NCBI RefSeq assembly: GCF_036321535.1
Contig: NC_087442.1
Location: 71,920,001-71,984,000, forward strand
DNA length: 64,000 nucleotides
Direction: 5' to 3'
DNA from: Camelus dromedarius
Taxonomy: Eukaryota
Under the pieces are notes generated by a model that worked only from the letters and a program-made list of their open reading frames with translations, searched no databases and was not told the DNA's origin. The translations under genes were made by a program, and so were the position numbers. Position 1 is the stretch's first letter; each line of letters begins with the position of its first letter. Shown piece after piece: positions 1 to 12,193 of the stretch.

Positions 1-159
1 TCAAATTTGATTGATGGGCCAATCCCTTAAACACATAAAATTTGACTCCTTACATGACCATCAGCCCTTTGATAACTGTAGAAGGACTTCAAGCATTGAA
101 TTGTAGTATGTCCAATAAGACATTATTTACAGTTTAAAAAAAAAAAAACAGTGTGTTGC

Positions 160-337
160 CAGGGATTCTCAACTTAGGCTGCACATTTGAGTCACCTGGG
201 AAATTTTTAAAAATACCTTTGCAGAATCTGACACCCAGAGATTCTAACTCACTTCCTTTGGGATAGGGCCCTGGTATCAATATTTTTAAAAAGCAACCCA
301 CATGTTTACAATGTACACCCTGGTTTGAAAATCACCA
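160..337. mobile_element. MER5-like (hAT-Charlie) non-autonomous DNA transposon relic
   Basis: Begins cagggattctcaa and ends ttgaaaatcacca (degenerate terminal inverted repeats). The internal gagtcacctggg...cccagagattct resembles the MER5A/B consensus as I recall it. Confidence 0.55.
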
Positions 338-1109
338 CCATCAACTCCACCTACTCATGCAGTACACCAAAAAATACAAGGTCTCAAAAGATAAAAACCA
401 AACTGACAGGATGGCTTGCCCTTGGGGAAGGTAACTGTAAGTGATGATCAAAGAGGCCTTTACGACATTTAAATGTTCAAGGTGAGACTATATTCATGAC
501 ATCTATACAAATAAAGTGTATTTAAATTAAAAATGGGAAATTTTAAAAAGAATGAAAGAGACCATAACAGCTTGGTTTGGAAAGGTAGGCTTATAAGGCA
601 TGTAGCATTTTCCCTTTAGGGACAAAAATGTTTGAGCAGCTGTTTCATTGCATCATTTGTCCTAAAGAGCACTTGAATGTGGAAGGAGGCAAACAGGATG
701 ATGCCAGCAAGAGAGGCCAGATCATATTTCACTAATTTGCAGTTTTCTCTCACATCCAGCTAATGGGGAAGAATGATTTTAAAGTTTACCCTGTGCTGAT
801 GCAATGAAATGGGGTCAAAGCCTTTCACTTGGACCATTTCCAATTTTTGGCCTCCTGGTTATGTGATCAGTTTTATTTGGCCATAAAATCTGTTGGTGAA
901 GAAAGATGAAATAAGGTTCTTAGTCTTAATGGAGACTTTCTTTAACAGTAACAGAGATACCCTTAGTTTTTCATATAAAGAGCAGATATTTAGTAAAATG
1001 GTAAAATAAGCCTGTCATCGATTTAAAATAATAATAAATGAAGTTGTAGCAGAAGAGCATCATATTCTTATTAGACATACTTCACTGGTGGCTACCTGAC
1101 TTTGCAGAA

Positions 1110-1270
1110 AATGTTTGGGTTTGACTCTTCTTCTGATGCGTATTGTCTTTATTGATTTGGCAAATTTACCTCCAAGTTTTAGTTTCCTCATTTGTAAACT
1201 GGAGAAAATAAAGTGTCTATATGTGATGATGTTGTAAGGATTGTTGAGATATTACATGTGGTAAATGTGT
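1110..1270 (+). mobile_element. MIR SINE fragment
   Basis: MIR core-like agtttcctcatttgtaaactggagaaaataa...gttgtaaggatt. Confidence 0.6.
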
Positions 1271-2270
1271 AAGTTGCTATAATAATATGCACTAAAAAGA
1301 GTGTGGGCAAAAATGAGAACGGACTTCGGAGTCTGACCACCATGACGTGAGCCCAGGTTTCTTCATTTGCCTGGTCTAGTATCATGGTCAATAACTCAAT
1401 TATTCTGAAACCCAAATCCTTAATCCTAATTTTGGGGGGACATAAGCCAGTTTTGATTATTAGTTTAAATGAACTGTGGACTATGTTATTTACTCAAACT
1501 TTTATTTCCTTCTGCCCTTATCACCTCCAAATATCCCATCAGGTCTAACACAAAGCTTGCTTTTTCTTTTCCTCTTTTTTTCATTCCTTCTTCCCCCTAC
1601 CTTCCTTCCCTTCTCTTCTTTTCTTAATGAAGCTTCCCCTCTGCTATTGATTTGCCCCAAAGGCACACAAGTGACAATGCCTATGTAGAAGGTAGAAAAC
1701 AGTGTGCAGATTAAAATGTTTACCATTGCTAATTTTTATGATTATAGAGAGGCACGTGATGGCAAATAATACTGTATATCAATATACTTTTTCAAATTGT
1801 AATTTTAGTGTATTGAGCTTTAATTTCCATGTTTACCCTGATTCTTATGTGGTATTTTTATTTCCTGGAAAATACATGGTCATGATCAAAGGAAGACAAT
1901 GTGCCAAATTAAATCAGATTCACCATTTTTTAACATGAGCATTTTGGTCCAATGGAAGTTCAATGGACTTACACCAAAATATTGTCATCCCTTTGGACAT
2001 CATATTCAGAAGTTAGTAACATATCCCAAAATATCCTAATTTCTCCACATATTATTTCATGGATTTTGCAATGAACAACTTTTCTGGACAGTCAGCCATT
2101 ATAAGGAACTTGAGTTCTGTTAACCTTTAGACATACTAAACAGATGTTTAATGAAATTATTACTGAATGAAGAATCACAAAATTGAAATGCTCTATTTAA
2201 AAAAAAGGAGATAATATGTAATCCCAAATAACAGCACACTTTTATCCTTCTCACAAATGCTACACTGTAG

Positions 2271-2428
2271 GAAGACCAACAACAACTTTATGCGATGGCA
2301 GATACCCTGGAAGATGGTGGTATGACACCTGAACTGGCTGAGATAATAAAACGACTGTGGAGAGACCCAGGAATTCAGGCCTGCTTTGAAAGGGCATCTG
2401 AATATCAGCTCAATGACTCAGCAGCTTA
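2271..2428 (+). CDS. GNAT3: G protein alpha gustducin, coding exon 4 (158 nt)
   Basis: Acceptor ctgtag ends at 2270 and donor gtaagt starts at 2429. Translates [52 protein letters not shown](Y), the Galpha-t helical domain. 158 nt is the conserved exon-4 size of Gi/t genes. Confidence 0.97.
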
Positions 2429-3296
2429 GTAAGTGAATACCTTTTGACAGGAACTATAGTTGAAACATTTACATCTAAGAATTATCACTCTATATACTCT
2501 GCATTTGGAATCACAAATGATGAAAGTAAACGGCTTTACATTTGATTATACTAAAATAAACAGTAACTGAAGAGAAATAAAGATCAAGATGATGTAAATA
2601 ACCGCTGGAGCATTTTAAATAACTGATTTTGAAACTGTCTGAGAAGACATATATGTTGAAAATATTTTCTCCCAATTAAAAAGATTTAATCATTAGGCAC
2701 CACGTGCAGCATGAACACACACTAGTGACATGCACACTGAGGTTTTGGGCTATTCCCTTCACACATATCCAAGTTATTGAAATCATCTTCTAAAATAATT
2801 ATGACACATGCTTTGGCTCCACTGGCTTGATGAGCATGAGACAGAATTTTAGAAGAAAGTAATGTATTGATTTAAAAAGCATTTGTATATTGTGGGATTC
2901 TTCTGGAGTCTCAAGAAAGATTATATAATTTTCACAACTAATACCAGCCAGTTAGCAATATTTAGCTAAGGAAATTAGGAGGTTGTAATGATATTTATAA
3001 TTTCATTATCAAAATGATTTTTAAATGATTTAAACCATTTTAGTAAGTGATTCTTAACCTATCCCATGGTTATATGCCTGCAAACATGTATGCACACATG
3101 TGTAAACATAATTTAATGACTTATTCTCTATTTCTGGTGCTGCATATGAATGTGTAAAAGGGGATACAGTTCTTCTGAGGGACTCCCAACAGAACATGCT
3201 AGTAGTACTTTAAAAAAAAAAGTAAAGTTAAAGTTAAACAAATGAAAGATTATGTGAGGACAGAACAAGAAAACTTACATGATAGTTCAGATTTTT

Positions 3297-3430
3297 TTTG
3301 AGGGGGGGTCAGGGGAGGGAGGTAAATAGGCTTATTTATTTATTTTTTTTAGAGGCAGTACTGGGGATTGAACCCAGGATCTCGTGCATACTAAGCATGC
3401 GCTCTAGCACTTTGAGCTATACTATCCCCC
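3297..3430 (-). mobile_element. tRNA-derived SINE, camelid Vic-1-like, with 17-bp target-site duplication
   Basis: The minus strand reads gggggatagtatagctcaaagtgctagagcgcatgcttagtatgcacgagatcctgggttcaatccccagtactgcctct-aaaaaaaataaataaataagcctatttacctccc (A box, B box, tail). Perfect direct repeat tgatagttcagattttt at 3280-3296 and 3431-3447. Confidence 0.85.
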
Positions 3431-4489
3431 TGATAGTTCAGATTTTTAATCATGATGTGTGGAAGGATTATGGAGAGAAAACACACTATATAAATTCTAG
3501 GAAAACCTAACAACAATGGTCTTTTGTGATTACTCATTCGTGTTCATTTTCTATTTCGAAATCCAACGGCCATATTGATGTTGTAGGAAAGTCCTGCTCT
3601 TGCCTCTCTGATGAAGCGGAAAATGAGTACATCAACTTGGATAACTGTTTTTATAAGTGTGCAAGTGCTTAATAAGCACATCTTAATACTACTCTTAGTA
3701 CAAAAAGCAATGCTTTTCTATATGAATCACTGATAAAGGCAGTCACAATTAATAAGAAACTGACTTGTGGAATATTCTCATAAAATGTTGCTTCACAAAG
3801 TTCTAGGGAGGAAGGGTGAGAAGGATAGATACCTGTAATTAACATATTTAACTTTAGATACACCTTATTGATTACACAAAATTTCCCTTAAAATTATGTA
3901 AGAAATGTATTTGCAATTATGTTATCATTCTGTTTACCAAATTCTTTGCTCTTTGATAGCAAAAATATTTACATATTGTATAGCCAAAATGGGCAGATAA
4001 AATGACTTTTTTATATTTTCTAGACTTCCTAATCTTTAATGTTAGCTTTTTTGACATATAAAAATTTTTTTATAAAAAAATTTTACTGTGACTATCACAT
4101 TATAGATTCGTATTAAAAACATTTATCTGTTCTTCAAGCTAAACACATCTATACAATATCTATTTGCATCCGTTTTATGAATGTTGCCACTAACAAAGAT
4201 TTGTAAAAGGCAGTAGAATAACAACAGGAAAGTTCATTTCCTCCCTCTGTGTCTAAGAAAGTTTTCATATAAAAATCAAAAAATGGAAATGTTAACTTTT
4301 TTTTGCCCTTAGGGATCCTTAAAAGGAAGATTATGTAAAAGCTTGCTAAGAAAATAGCTGCATGGCCATGGCTTTCATCCAAATTTTTTTCAAATACTTA
4401 AATTATATTCACATGGTAGAATTACATATAGTATCAGCTTGATACCATAGCCATGTTTATTTCATGTGTATTAAACAGGACAATGGTCT

Positions 4490-4568
4490 CTCTTTTCCTT
4501 CCTCTCTACCTCTCCTCCCTCTTTCTTTCTTTCCTTCCTTCCATCCATCCATTCATTCATCTATTTAT
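4490..4568. repeat. Pyrimidine-rich low-complexity / degenerate tetranucleotide tract
   Basis: ctctttctttctttccttccttccatccatccattcattcatctatttatc, grading CTTT>CTTC>CCAT>CATT. Confidence 0.7.
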
Positions 4569-6749
4569 CAATTTTTTTTGTGAAAGTGAGATATTTTTCA
4601 TCCTCTCAAACTTAGAGATCCTTTAAGTTGAGGCCAACAAAGAGGTGAGTTCTGATCAGTGTAAGGGAAGGGAATGTTGTTTGCTGGTAACGTGTTACCT
4701 CCCCTCCCCCAAGTAGTACTAGCAAACCGGAGAAAAGAGTCATGACAGTGGGAAAGATTTTACTTAATACTTCATGGTTTGCTGATTGGGGTTGCCTAGT
4801 GTATGATTTAAACTCCATATGCTTTAAGATTTAACACAGACTTCACCAGGAAAAATATTCTTACATGATTAGAAAAAGAATCAGATATTTTTAAAGTGAT
4901 TTGAGCTATGTGTGTTTAGGGCCTCTGGTTTCAGTTTTAGACCACAGGATTAAGCACCCAAATTCTATATTTGTTTATTAAACTAAGCATTTTAAATGCA
5001 AATTTCTTACTCTGTTGACGCTTCTGTTTGCTTGAAATTATTTAAACATGCAAATAAAAGTACACTAAAATGTGTCTTTAACAAAGTATTCATTTAGCTA
5101 GCATTAAAATGAATTTAATATCTGTCATGGCAGGTATGTTTCTGTTTTGTTTTGGCTCCTGCATAAACCAACTGACCAATGGTAAACTACCATATGTGCA
5201 GACTGAATCAACAGGGAATTCACCAAGGACCTTGCTTCACAAAATAGTAAATAAAAATAAACTAGAAAAATCTTCAAATACTTTCTTCTATGGATATCTT
5301 GATTTGTCCTTTTTAAAATAAAATCAAACTTTATTTGAATAAAACATACTGATGAATTTTCACATTAAACATATGTGTTTCTGAAGTATCTATTTGTCCT
5401 TGGTCAAAATCCCTTTGGGTACTTCACAAGTCTTAGCTTATCACAGCTTAAAAACAGAAAGATCCTCCAAGAATAAGTCATCTATATTGCTGCTGAATTT
5501 ATTTTGAAAAAATAATTTAGTTTTTAAGGCACTGTGCCAGGTGCTAAGGCCTAACAGCTCTTCTAATTAGTCCCTGAAAAATTCAACTTCTCAATAATAA
5601 TTAACATTCAGCCTGAGTCTACCTCTCAAAGTCTGCCTGAATGGATGCATACCCATCATGATGTTTCTATCTAAGCTGTATGTATAAACTTTGTTAAATA
5701 TAATGGCTAAGCGTGTCATAAAAACCTTACCTAGCTATTGCTATACCTTTTAACATTTTCATAGAAATGGTCATATTACTAAGTTCCTAAGTCCTTATTA
5801 TCAAAAGTCTAGACCAAGTGGTTTTGACTTTTTTTAAAGCAATAGAACACCATTTTAGTCTAAAGACATGATCTGGTTTGCAGGACGAAGCTAAAACAGT
5901 TTGTTTCCTCTAATCTAGCAGACTCTTCTAGAGCATATGCTTCATCAGATTTACTCCTGCCTCTCACCACCCCTAGATCCTGCAGGCAGAAAAGGGACAG
6001 CATTGAGCCTGATAAACATAGGTATTTTAAACATGGCCTCTGGAGAAGAGTTAAAGACACTGATGCACTGATGAGAGAGAAGAGGAGATAGGAGTGGCTA
6101 CAATGTGTAAATTCAGCTTTTAGTCCCCAGGAGTGCTGATTCAGGCATGAGTCAGCAATTTCATGAATTAATTCCAGCATGAACAAGCAAGAAAGTCAAA
6201 ACGTTCTTCTATTATTGACCTCACTGGATATAATCATGAGACTTAATGAAAATGGTTCAGACTCCTAAGCTATACAATCCAGGAGAAACAACACGACCAC
6301 CTTCAAATTATGTTATTAAAATCCATCACTCTCTTAAAATTCAAAGTGCCTAAATAGAAACTACACCATTTCCAGACTAGTCTAGCCACCACCATTACAA
6401 GGTAGCATTTTTTTGGATGATCTAAGTCCTATAAGGAGAGCTTTCCTCTCAATGCCTATCTAAACACCAGCAAACCTACCACATCCGCCTCATAAAATAC
6501 AAGCTCAGGCAGTATCGGCCCAGCCACCTTTAAAAGAGGCTCCACGAGTCAGCTGTGTGTCACACTCAGCTCTCTGCCACATTCACATCACAGCCACCAA
6601 GCTCTTGTAATTCTGATGAGCAGAGCTGGAAAAGTATCAGTCTAGAGTTTAATAATGTTAATGAACTCAAAACTAAAATTCACTTTGTACTGAATCCTGG
6701 TATCTTCAAGTACACAGTTAAAAATATATATGCTATTTTTTTTAATTAG

Positions 6750-6878
6750 CTACCTGAATGATTTGGACAGAATAGCAGCTCCTGGATATGTCCCAAATGA
6801 GCAAGACGTTCTGCATTCTCGAGTGAAAACTACTGGAATCATTGAAACTCAGTTCTCCTTTAAAGATCTGCATTTCAG
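6750..6878 (+). CDS. GNAT3: G protein alpha gustducin, coding exon 5 (129 nt)
   Basis: Acceptor tttttaattag ends at 6749 and donor gtagga starts at 6879. Translates [42 protein letters not shown](R), containing switch I and the catalytic Arg. LHSRVKTT is gustducin-type. Confidence 0.97.
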
Positions 6879-7545
6879 GTAGGATCTAATGTCTTTTTAA
6901 ACTATCAACAGACATGTGCATTAGGTTCAGTATTTCCTCACGGAAAAAACCCACGGTCGAGGGCAGTGGGTCCTCGGGCATGCTCCCTAGGCTTCATTTA
7001 CTTTCAGTACCACTGTCCTTTATTGCTTCCTGCAGCTCTATACACACGACCTCATCCTGAGCCTCATCCTTCCCTCCAAGAAAAATGCCTCTGTCTGGAG
7101 CAGATGGGAGTGAGATTTTATTTTCCTCATACTTGAAACTGATACCCTACTTTGGAAAAAAAGCAAATATATTTAAATAACATTTAAGTAACAGGTGCCA
7201 GGGATCCTATTTCTTTTGCTTTCCTACCCTCCCATCTGCTTGAAATATTCTTATTAATTTGTTTCCTTAATTTAAAAAATGCAAATAATTGAGATGAGAA
7301 GTATTTGAATGTGATTCTATTTACTGGAATAACAAGACCTATTTTACAAGCATGGTTTGAATATAAAAATGAGTATTATTTTCACTGCTGTTGCATTATT
7401 AAGATCATCTTAGAAATTCTATCACAAAATTACTCATTTACGATACCAAGAAACAGAAACCCTTCATGTTAGAAAACGTCCCTGGACATTTAAGCACCTT
7501 TCCCTATGGACTGGATGACACAGAATATTAAACATTAACGCCACA

Positions 7546-7872
7546 TTCTAGATGTACCTTTTAGTAATGAAAAAAGTCAAAAAAGCTTTGACTTTGGATC
7601 ACTGGAAGGGTTAAGTTTCCAAATCAAATTCTATCTCCTCATTGAGCCTTGAGCATCTTATCTATTAACCATCCCAGAATATCCTTGTCACTGCTATTCC
7701 CAGCAGAGTGTGGGTAAGCATATGACAGGCTCTCAGTGGCAGGGATGGGTGCAGCTTGATTTTTGGCCTTTAATGATGTTCTGGGTAAAAACACCCTGAC
7801 AGGCAGTTTCAGCCCACCTACGTGATGCTACTAAATGTTCTAGATGTACCTTTTAGTAATGAAAAAAGTCAA
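7546..7872. repeat. 257-bp insert (7581-7837) flanked by a perfect 35-bp direct repeat (7546-7580, 7838-7872)
   Basis: ttctagatgtaccttttagtaatgaaaaaagtcaa occurs twice exactly. The enclosed sequence aligns to 8861-9120. Confidence 0.92.
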
Positions 7873-8860
7873 TAAAAACATAATGAAGTCATTCATGTAT
7901 CAATAATGGGAATATTTTTTAAAAGTAGAAAAAATGGAAAAAACTTTATATGAAGTGTTTATATCCATTTGTAAGGAAAAATTGTTTCAGTGGGATCAAA
8001 GTTTAATTTTTAAGCATTAAAATTGGTGATATATAATATCTAATTAGAATACTTCTTACATAGGTGGCCAGGATATTTTCAAGTCACTATGGAAGAAAGC
8101 TCTTCAATATCTGTCTCTGAAATCTGTTGATTTCAGGCCCACAAATAGTTAATTTCTGTAAGAGAAGCCAAAGATCAAACCAGGATAAAAGTCCTGCCAA
8201 GGGTGGGATCGACATCCTCCTAGGCAGATGTAAGCCAAGGGTGTCTTCAGGTTGTCATCACCGTGGTACAGCTCCTCTTTGGCAATGACTTTCTCCAGAT
8301 TCCTGATCTTTGATCCAGTTTCCAGGGTTTTCCTAAGTCCAGATGCTCCTCCCCCTCTGCCCCTCCTAAGTCTGTCACAGCATTCTTGGCACACTTCCTT
8401 TCCTCTCTTACCCTTTCTCTCTAAATTCCTCACTGCAACACAGGCTAGAAGCTGAGTGCAGGCCTTGAAGCCAACCCTACCGAGGTCCTAATTCCAGGTT
8501 CCCCATTAATTCATGGCAGTTGCTGAGGAATAAAGCAACCTTTTCTTCACTTGCCTAACGAGGTTGTTGTAAAGATTAGCTGAAGTCAAGCCCTAGCAGT
8601 GTTATAACTTGGTGTTAGCTTATCTTGCATCGGCTAATGGAATCTTCTGGATCCTAGATTATCTGCATCATAAGCCAGCTTTGAAAATTAATGTCACATA
8701 TTGAACACCTAGAAGCTCACAACCATGGTCATTCCCTACAACAGCACCAATTCAGTATCTTGTCAGAAATAGTCTCTATCATGAATTACATTTTCTGTGT
8801 ATCTGTGCCTTGAACATGCTGAGCCTCAAAAGTCTCTGTACTTGCTATTCTCTTTGCCTG

Positions 8861-9120
8861 AAATGCTTTGACCCTGGATCTCTGGAAGGGTTAAGTTTCC
8901 GAACCAAACTGTATCTCCTCATGACACCTTGAGCATCCTATCTGTTGACCATCCCAGATTATACTTGTCACTGCTATTCCCAGCAGATTGTGGGTAAGCA
9001 TATGACAGGCTCTCAGAGGCAGGGGTGGGTGCGGCCTGATTTTTGGCCCTTGATGTTTTCCTGGGTATAAACACCTTGACAATAGCCAGTTTCAGCCCAC
9101 CCGCATGATGTCACTAAATG
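8861..9120. repeat. Second, direct-orientation copy of the 7581-7837 segment
   Basis: Hand alignment at offset 1280 gives 222/257 identical positions with one 3-nt indel. Confidence 0.92.
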
Positions 9121-9249
9121 GAGAGTTGGGAAGAAATACAAACAGCTCTTTCTAGCCATGCCGATGTGAGCCGGTACCATTACACACTTACAAATATCAC
9201 ACTCCTTTTCTTTAAACTGTTTAAACTTACCAATATGTGAAATCACCTT

Positions 9250-9400
9250 CTTTGTCTTCTTTCTTTGTTTCGGTGTCTGTCTCGTATGCTCTGAGCTCCA
9301 GGAAGGCAGGGGCCACGTCTGCTTACAGCTCTATCTCTCGTGATGATCACAGTGTCTGCAAAGAACAGGCATCCAGTCAATTCTTGCTGGATGAATAATG
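9250..9400 (+). mobile_element. L2 LINE 3' end
   Basis: ctgagctccaggaaggcaggggccacgtctg...cacagtgtctg...tcttgctggatgaat matches the L2 3'-terminal pattern. Confidence 0.6.
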
Positions 9401-11765
9401 TCCCATGCCAAGCACTCTATGAACATTATCTTTGTACTCTCACTGGAGTATGATGGATGGCCATTGCTATCCTCATGCAGGATAAAGAGTCAAGAAATGG
9501 ATACTAAAACAAGGTGAAGGGTTTTCCCAAGATCATACAGAGAAGGGCAAGAAACTTGATTAGAAGTGCATTATCTTTCTAAATTCAAAAATCACACTTC
9601 TTCCGCTGCTTGCCACAGATGGGCTGTAAGGTCAATGGGGTGGTAACCCTTCTTTTTCTGTAGAGTAAGTGCTTCTTCCAATGTTGCTGGTCATTCATAA
9701 TTCCCTTCAGAGAGAAGAAGGGAGGCGGAGGATGACAGCCACCTGGGGAGGTGGCTTTCAGTTGTCAGGGCTCTGTGGTGCTTCACAGGTCTGTACTTCT
9801 GAAACTAGGGGACGTGACAAATGCCCATGAACACACAAAACCTCAAAAAACCATGTTCATGTTCTGAAACATCTATTTTACTCAGTACTAAATAATATCA
9901 TTACTCATACATTTTTAAAATTGTATTTTGAATAGAACATATTTGCATTAGAACACTAAGACTCTCATGGGCACATCACCATTTTCCTGTCCTTTTGTAA
10001 ATCTGTACTGAATTCTGTGAAGCATTTTAAGTTATTTAAGTGATCTATTCTACTTTCATAAATTGCTGGATTTTTTGAAGGAATGAGAAAGGTCCTGCTA
10101 ATTATCTATCATGGTATCGAAAATGTAAGACGTTTGTGAACTGGATTGTGAAGCTCAGTTAGGCCTTACCTGGACGTAACATGTTCTATACTATGCAATT
10201 GCTACCTCTTTCGCATCTGCTAAAACAGGTTTTGAGCTCTTTTGTTCCCTTAATAGGTTTTGCTTCCTCTCTGCCTCAAGAGGGTGTGTTATTAGACATT
10301 GTGAGAAAGAAAATGCAGGGAATTTCTCTAAAAAGTATTTAAACAACAAAATTTTGAAAATACTTAAATTTTACTATAAAACATAAAAAAACAACAATTT
10401 ATACTTTTTTCTTAAGGAACTATGTTAAATCATTTAAATACATTTTTAAGTTCAGTCACAGCAATTGAGATATATTAATCCGTTAATAAATTCTCCCAGT
10501 TAAATCACTTTTTTTTTGAAGTACTAAAAAGGATTCTCCAAAAGTACGCGGGCTTTTGTAGTGTAAAATTCTTTAGTATTTCAAAATATGAACTATAAAA
10601 ATAATGTACCTTCCAACTTCATTTCAGTAAGTGCCCAGGTACTCACATTAGCACTTAACGTGTATTCACATAGTATAAATCATCCTAAGACTATTTAAAA
10701 TGAAAGACTTAATTTACATATTAATTTAGAGAACTGCAGAATTTTAAACAGTAGCATCAAAATGAAAAACTTCTCTACGTCAATGTACTGTATCATCCTC
10801 ATGTATCATCTAATTTAATGGAAATTACCTGAGAGTTCTTATCAAACCAGAACTCCAACTGTCAAACGGGAAAATTAATTATCTTTACAGATGTTCAAGT
10901 ACTATGCAAAAGGAAAATGCAATGCAAATGTGATCCCTTTTATTTTTGTAAAATAATTCCTCAGAGCAAAGAGCTTACAGATTTATAGGGATTTATCAAA
11001 CAATTACAGAGAAGTCATTTCTTCCTAATTGCTCCACGATTAGAAAACAGAATTGAAAAGACATGAAACTATATGGAAGCAAAGGAAAAGAGGTCAGCAA
11101 CTATTACAGCAGAGAGCTGCAGAGTTTGTAAATGTAACATAACTATTTTCAACCGTGTTGGAGCGAATCTCTGTTATGCAATCAATTGTAACTGTTTTGA
11201 ATTTGAAGTTTAATCATGTGCACTGTGTTTTCTGTGGAGGCATGAATCACGTGAGGAGTGAGTCTGATTGTCTATCCAGCAGCTCCATTCCCTCAGCTTT
11301 GTTATTCTCTACTAGATCTCACAGAGCAATCACTTAGGTAGGTTCATGCTTAAGCTATATAAGATGATGTCTAATTTATTCTCGTGATAGAATTTACTTT
11401 AATAACTTTAAGAATTATATTATTCAATAATTAGAAAATTATTGAGTGGGCATTTTAAGTTACACACACACGTACGTAGTAGAAAATATATAACGGTATT
11501 AACAATTATAGGTAGTTTAGAGAGCCAGGATCCCTTATGGATGTCAACCCTTGTAATTTTGTTTTTTAATCACAAGCACTTAAGAGATTCAGAATGACCT
11601 CTGGGCATATCCCTTCTATCTGCAAGTATCTGCCCTAATCTATTTTCAAAACCCGGCACCAGGCAAAGACTTAGGCCATCCTGCTATGGCTGTATAGTGG
11701 GGACGCAGAACCACCTGTTGGCCCTAACATATGTACCTATCTTAAGACTTTATGTCTAGACTTAT

Positions 11766-11870
11766 TGTGGTGATCAATTCACAATGTATATAAATGCCAA
11801 ATCACTGTGTTGTACACCTGAAACTACTGTGATTTTGTATGTCAACTATACTTCAATAAGAAAATAAAAA
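11766..11870 (+). mobile_element. L1 3' terminal fragment (L1M-type)
   Basis: gtggtgatcaattcacaatgtatataaatgccaaatcactgtgttgtacacctgaaact...tatgtcaactatacttcaataag followed by an A-rich tail. Confidence 0.75.
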
Positions 11871-12193
11871 GTTACACCAATTCTGATACAGTCAAGTATC
11901 TTGAATAAATCCCATTTAACAGAGTAGCTTCAAATAAATTTCTACTCACATTAGGTCTTATTTACTGAGGTCAAATACATAGAAGTTATCAGAAATTATT
12001 TTTCCAAGAAAGTCACAAGCTTATAGGATGAGCAAAGACATCTCTCCCAAATACATTCACTGCAGTAGCATTATTAATTTCTAGCTATCCTAGACTATAC
12101 AGTGACTTTCCAAGCACTATAAAAGACTCATTATTTCATAATAATCTATTCTGATATAAAATGTGAATAATCTTTTGTGGGCAAATATTTAGC

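Noticed and set aside
3350-3430. tRNA gene (also 44668-44740)
   Set aside because: The tRNA-like head is followed by a SINE tail, the first has a TSD, and the stems are disrupted. These are SINEs, not functional tRNAs.
11708-11724. Second CTCF-like motif (gaaccacctgttggccc)
   Set aside because: Mismatches at the informative GGCGC/GGCAC end, so too weak to report.
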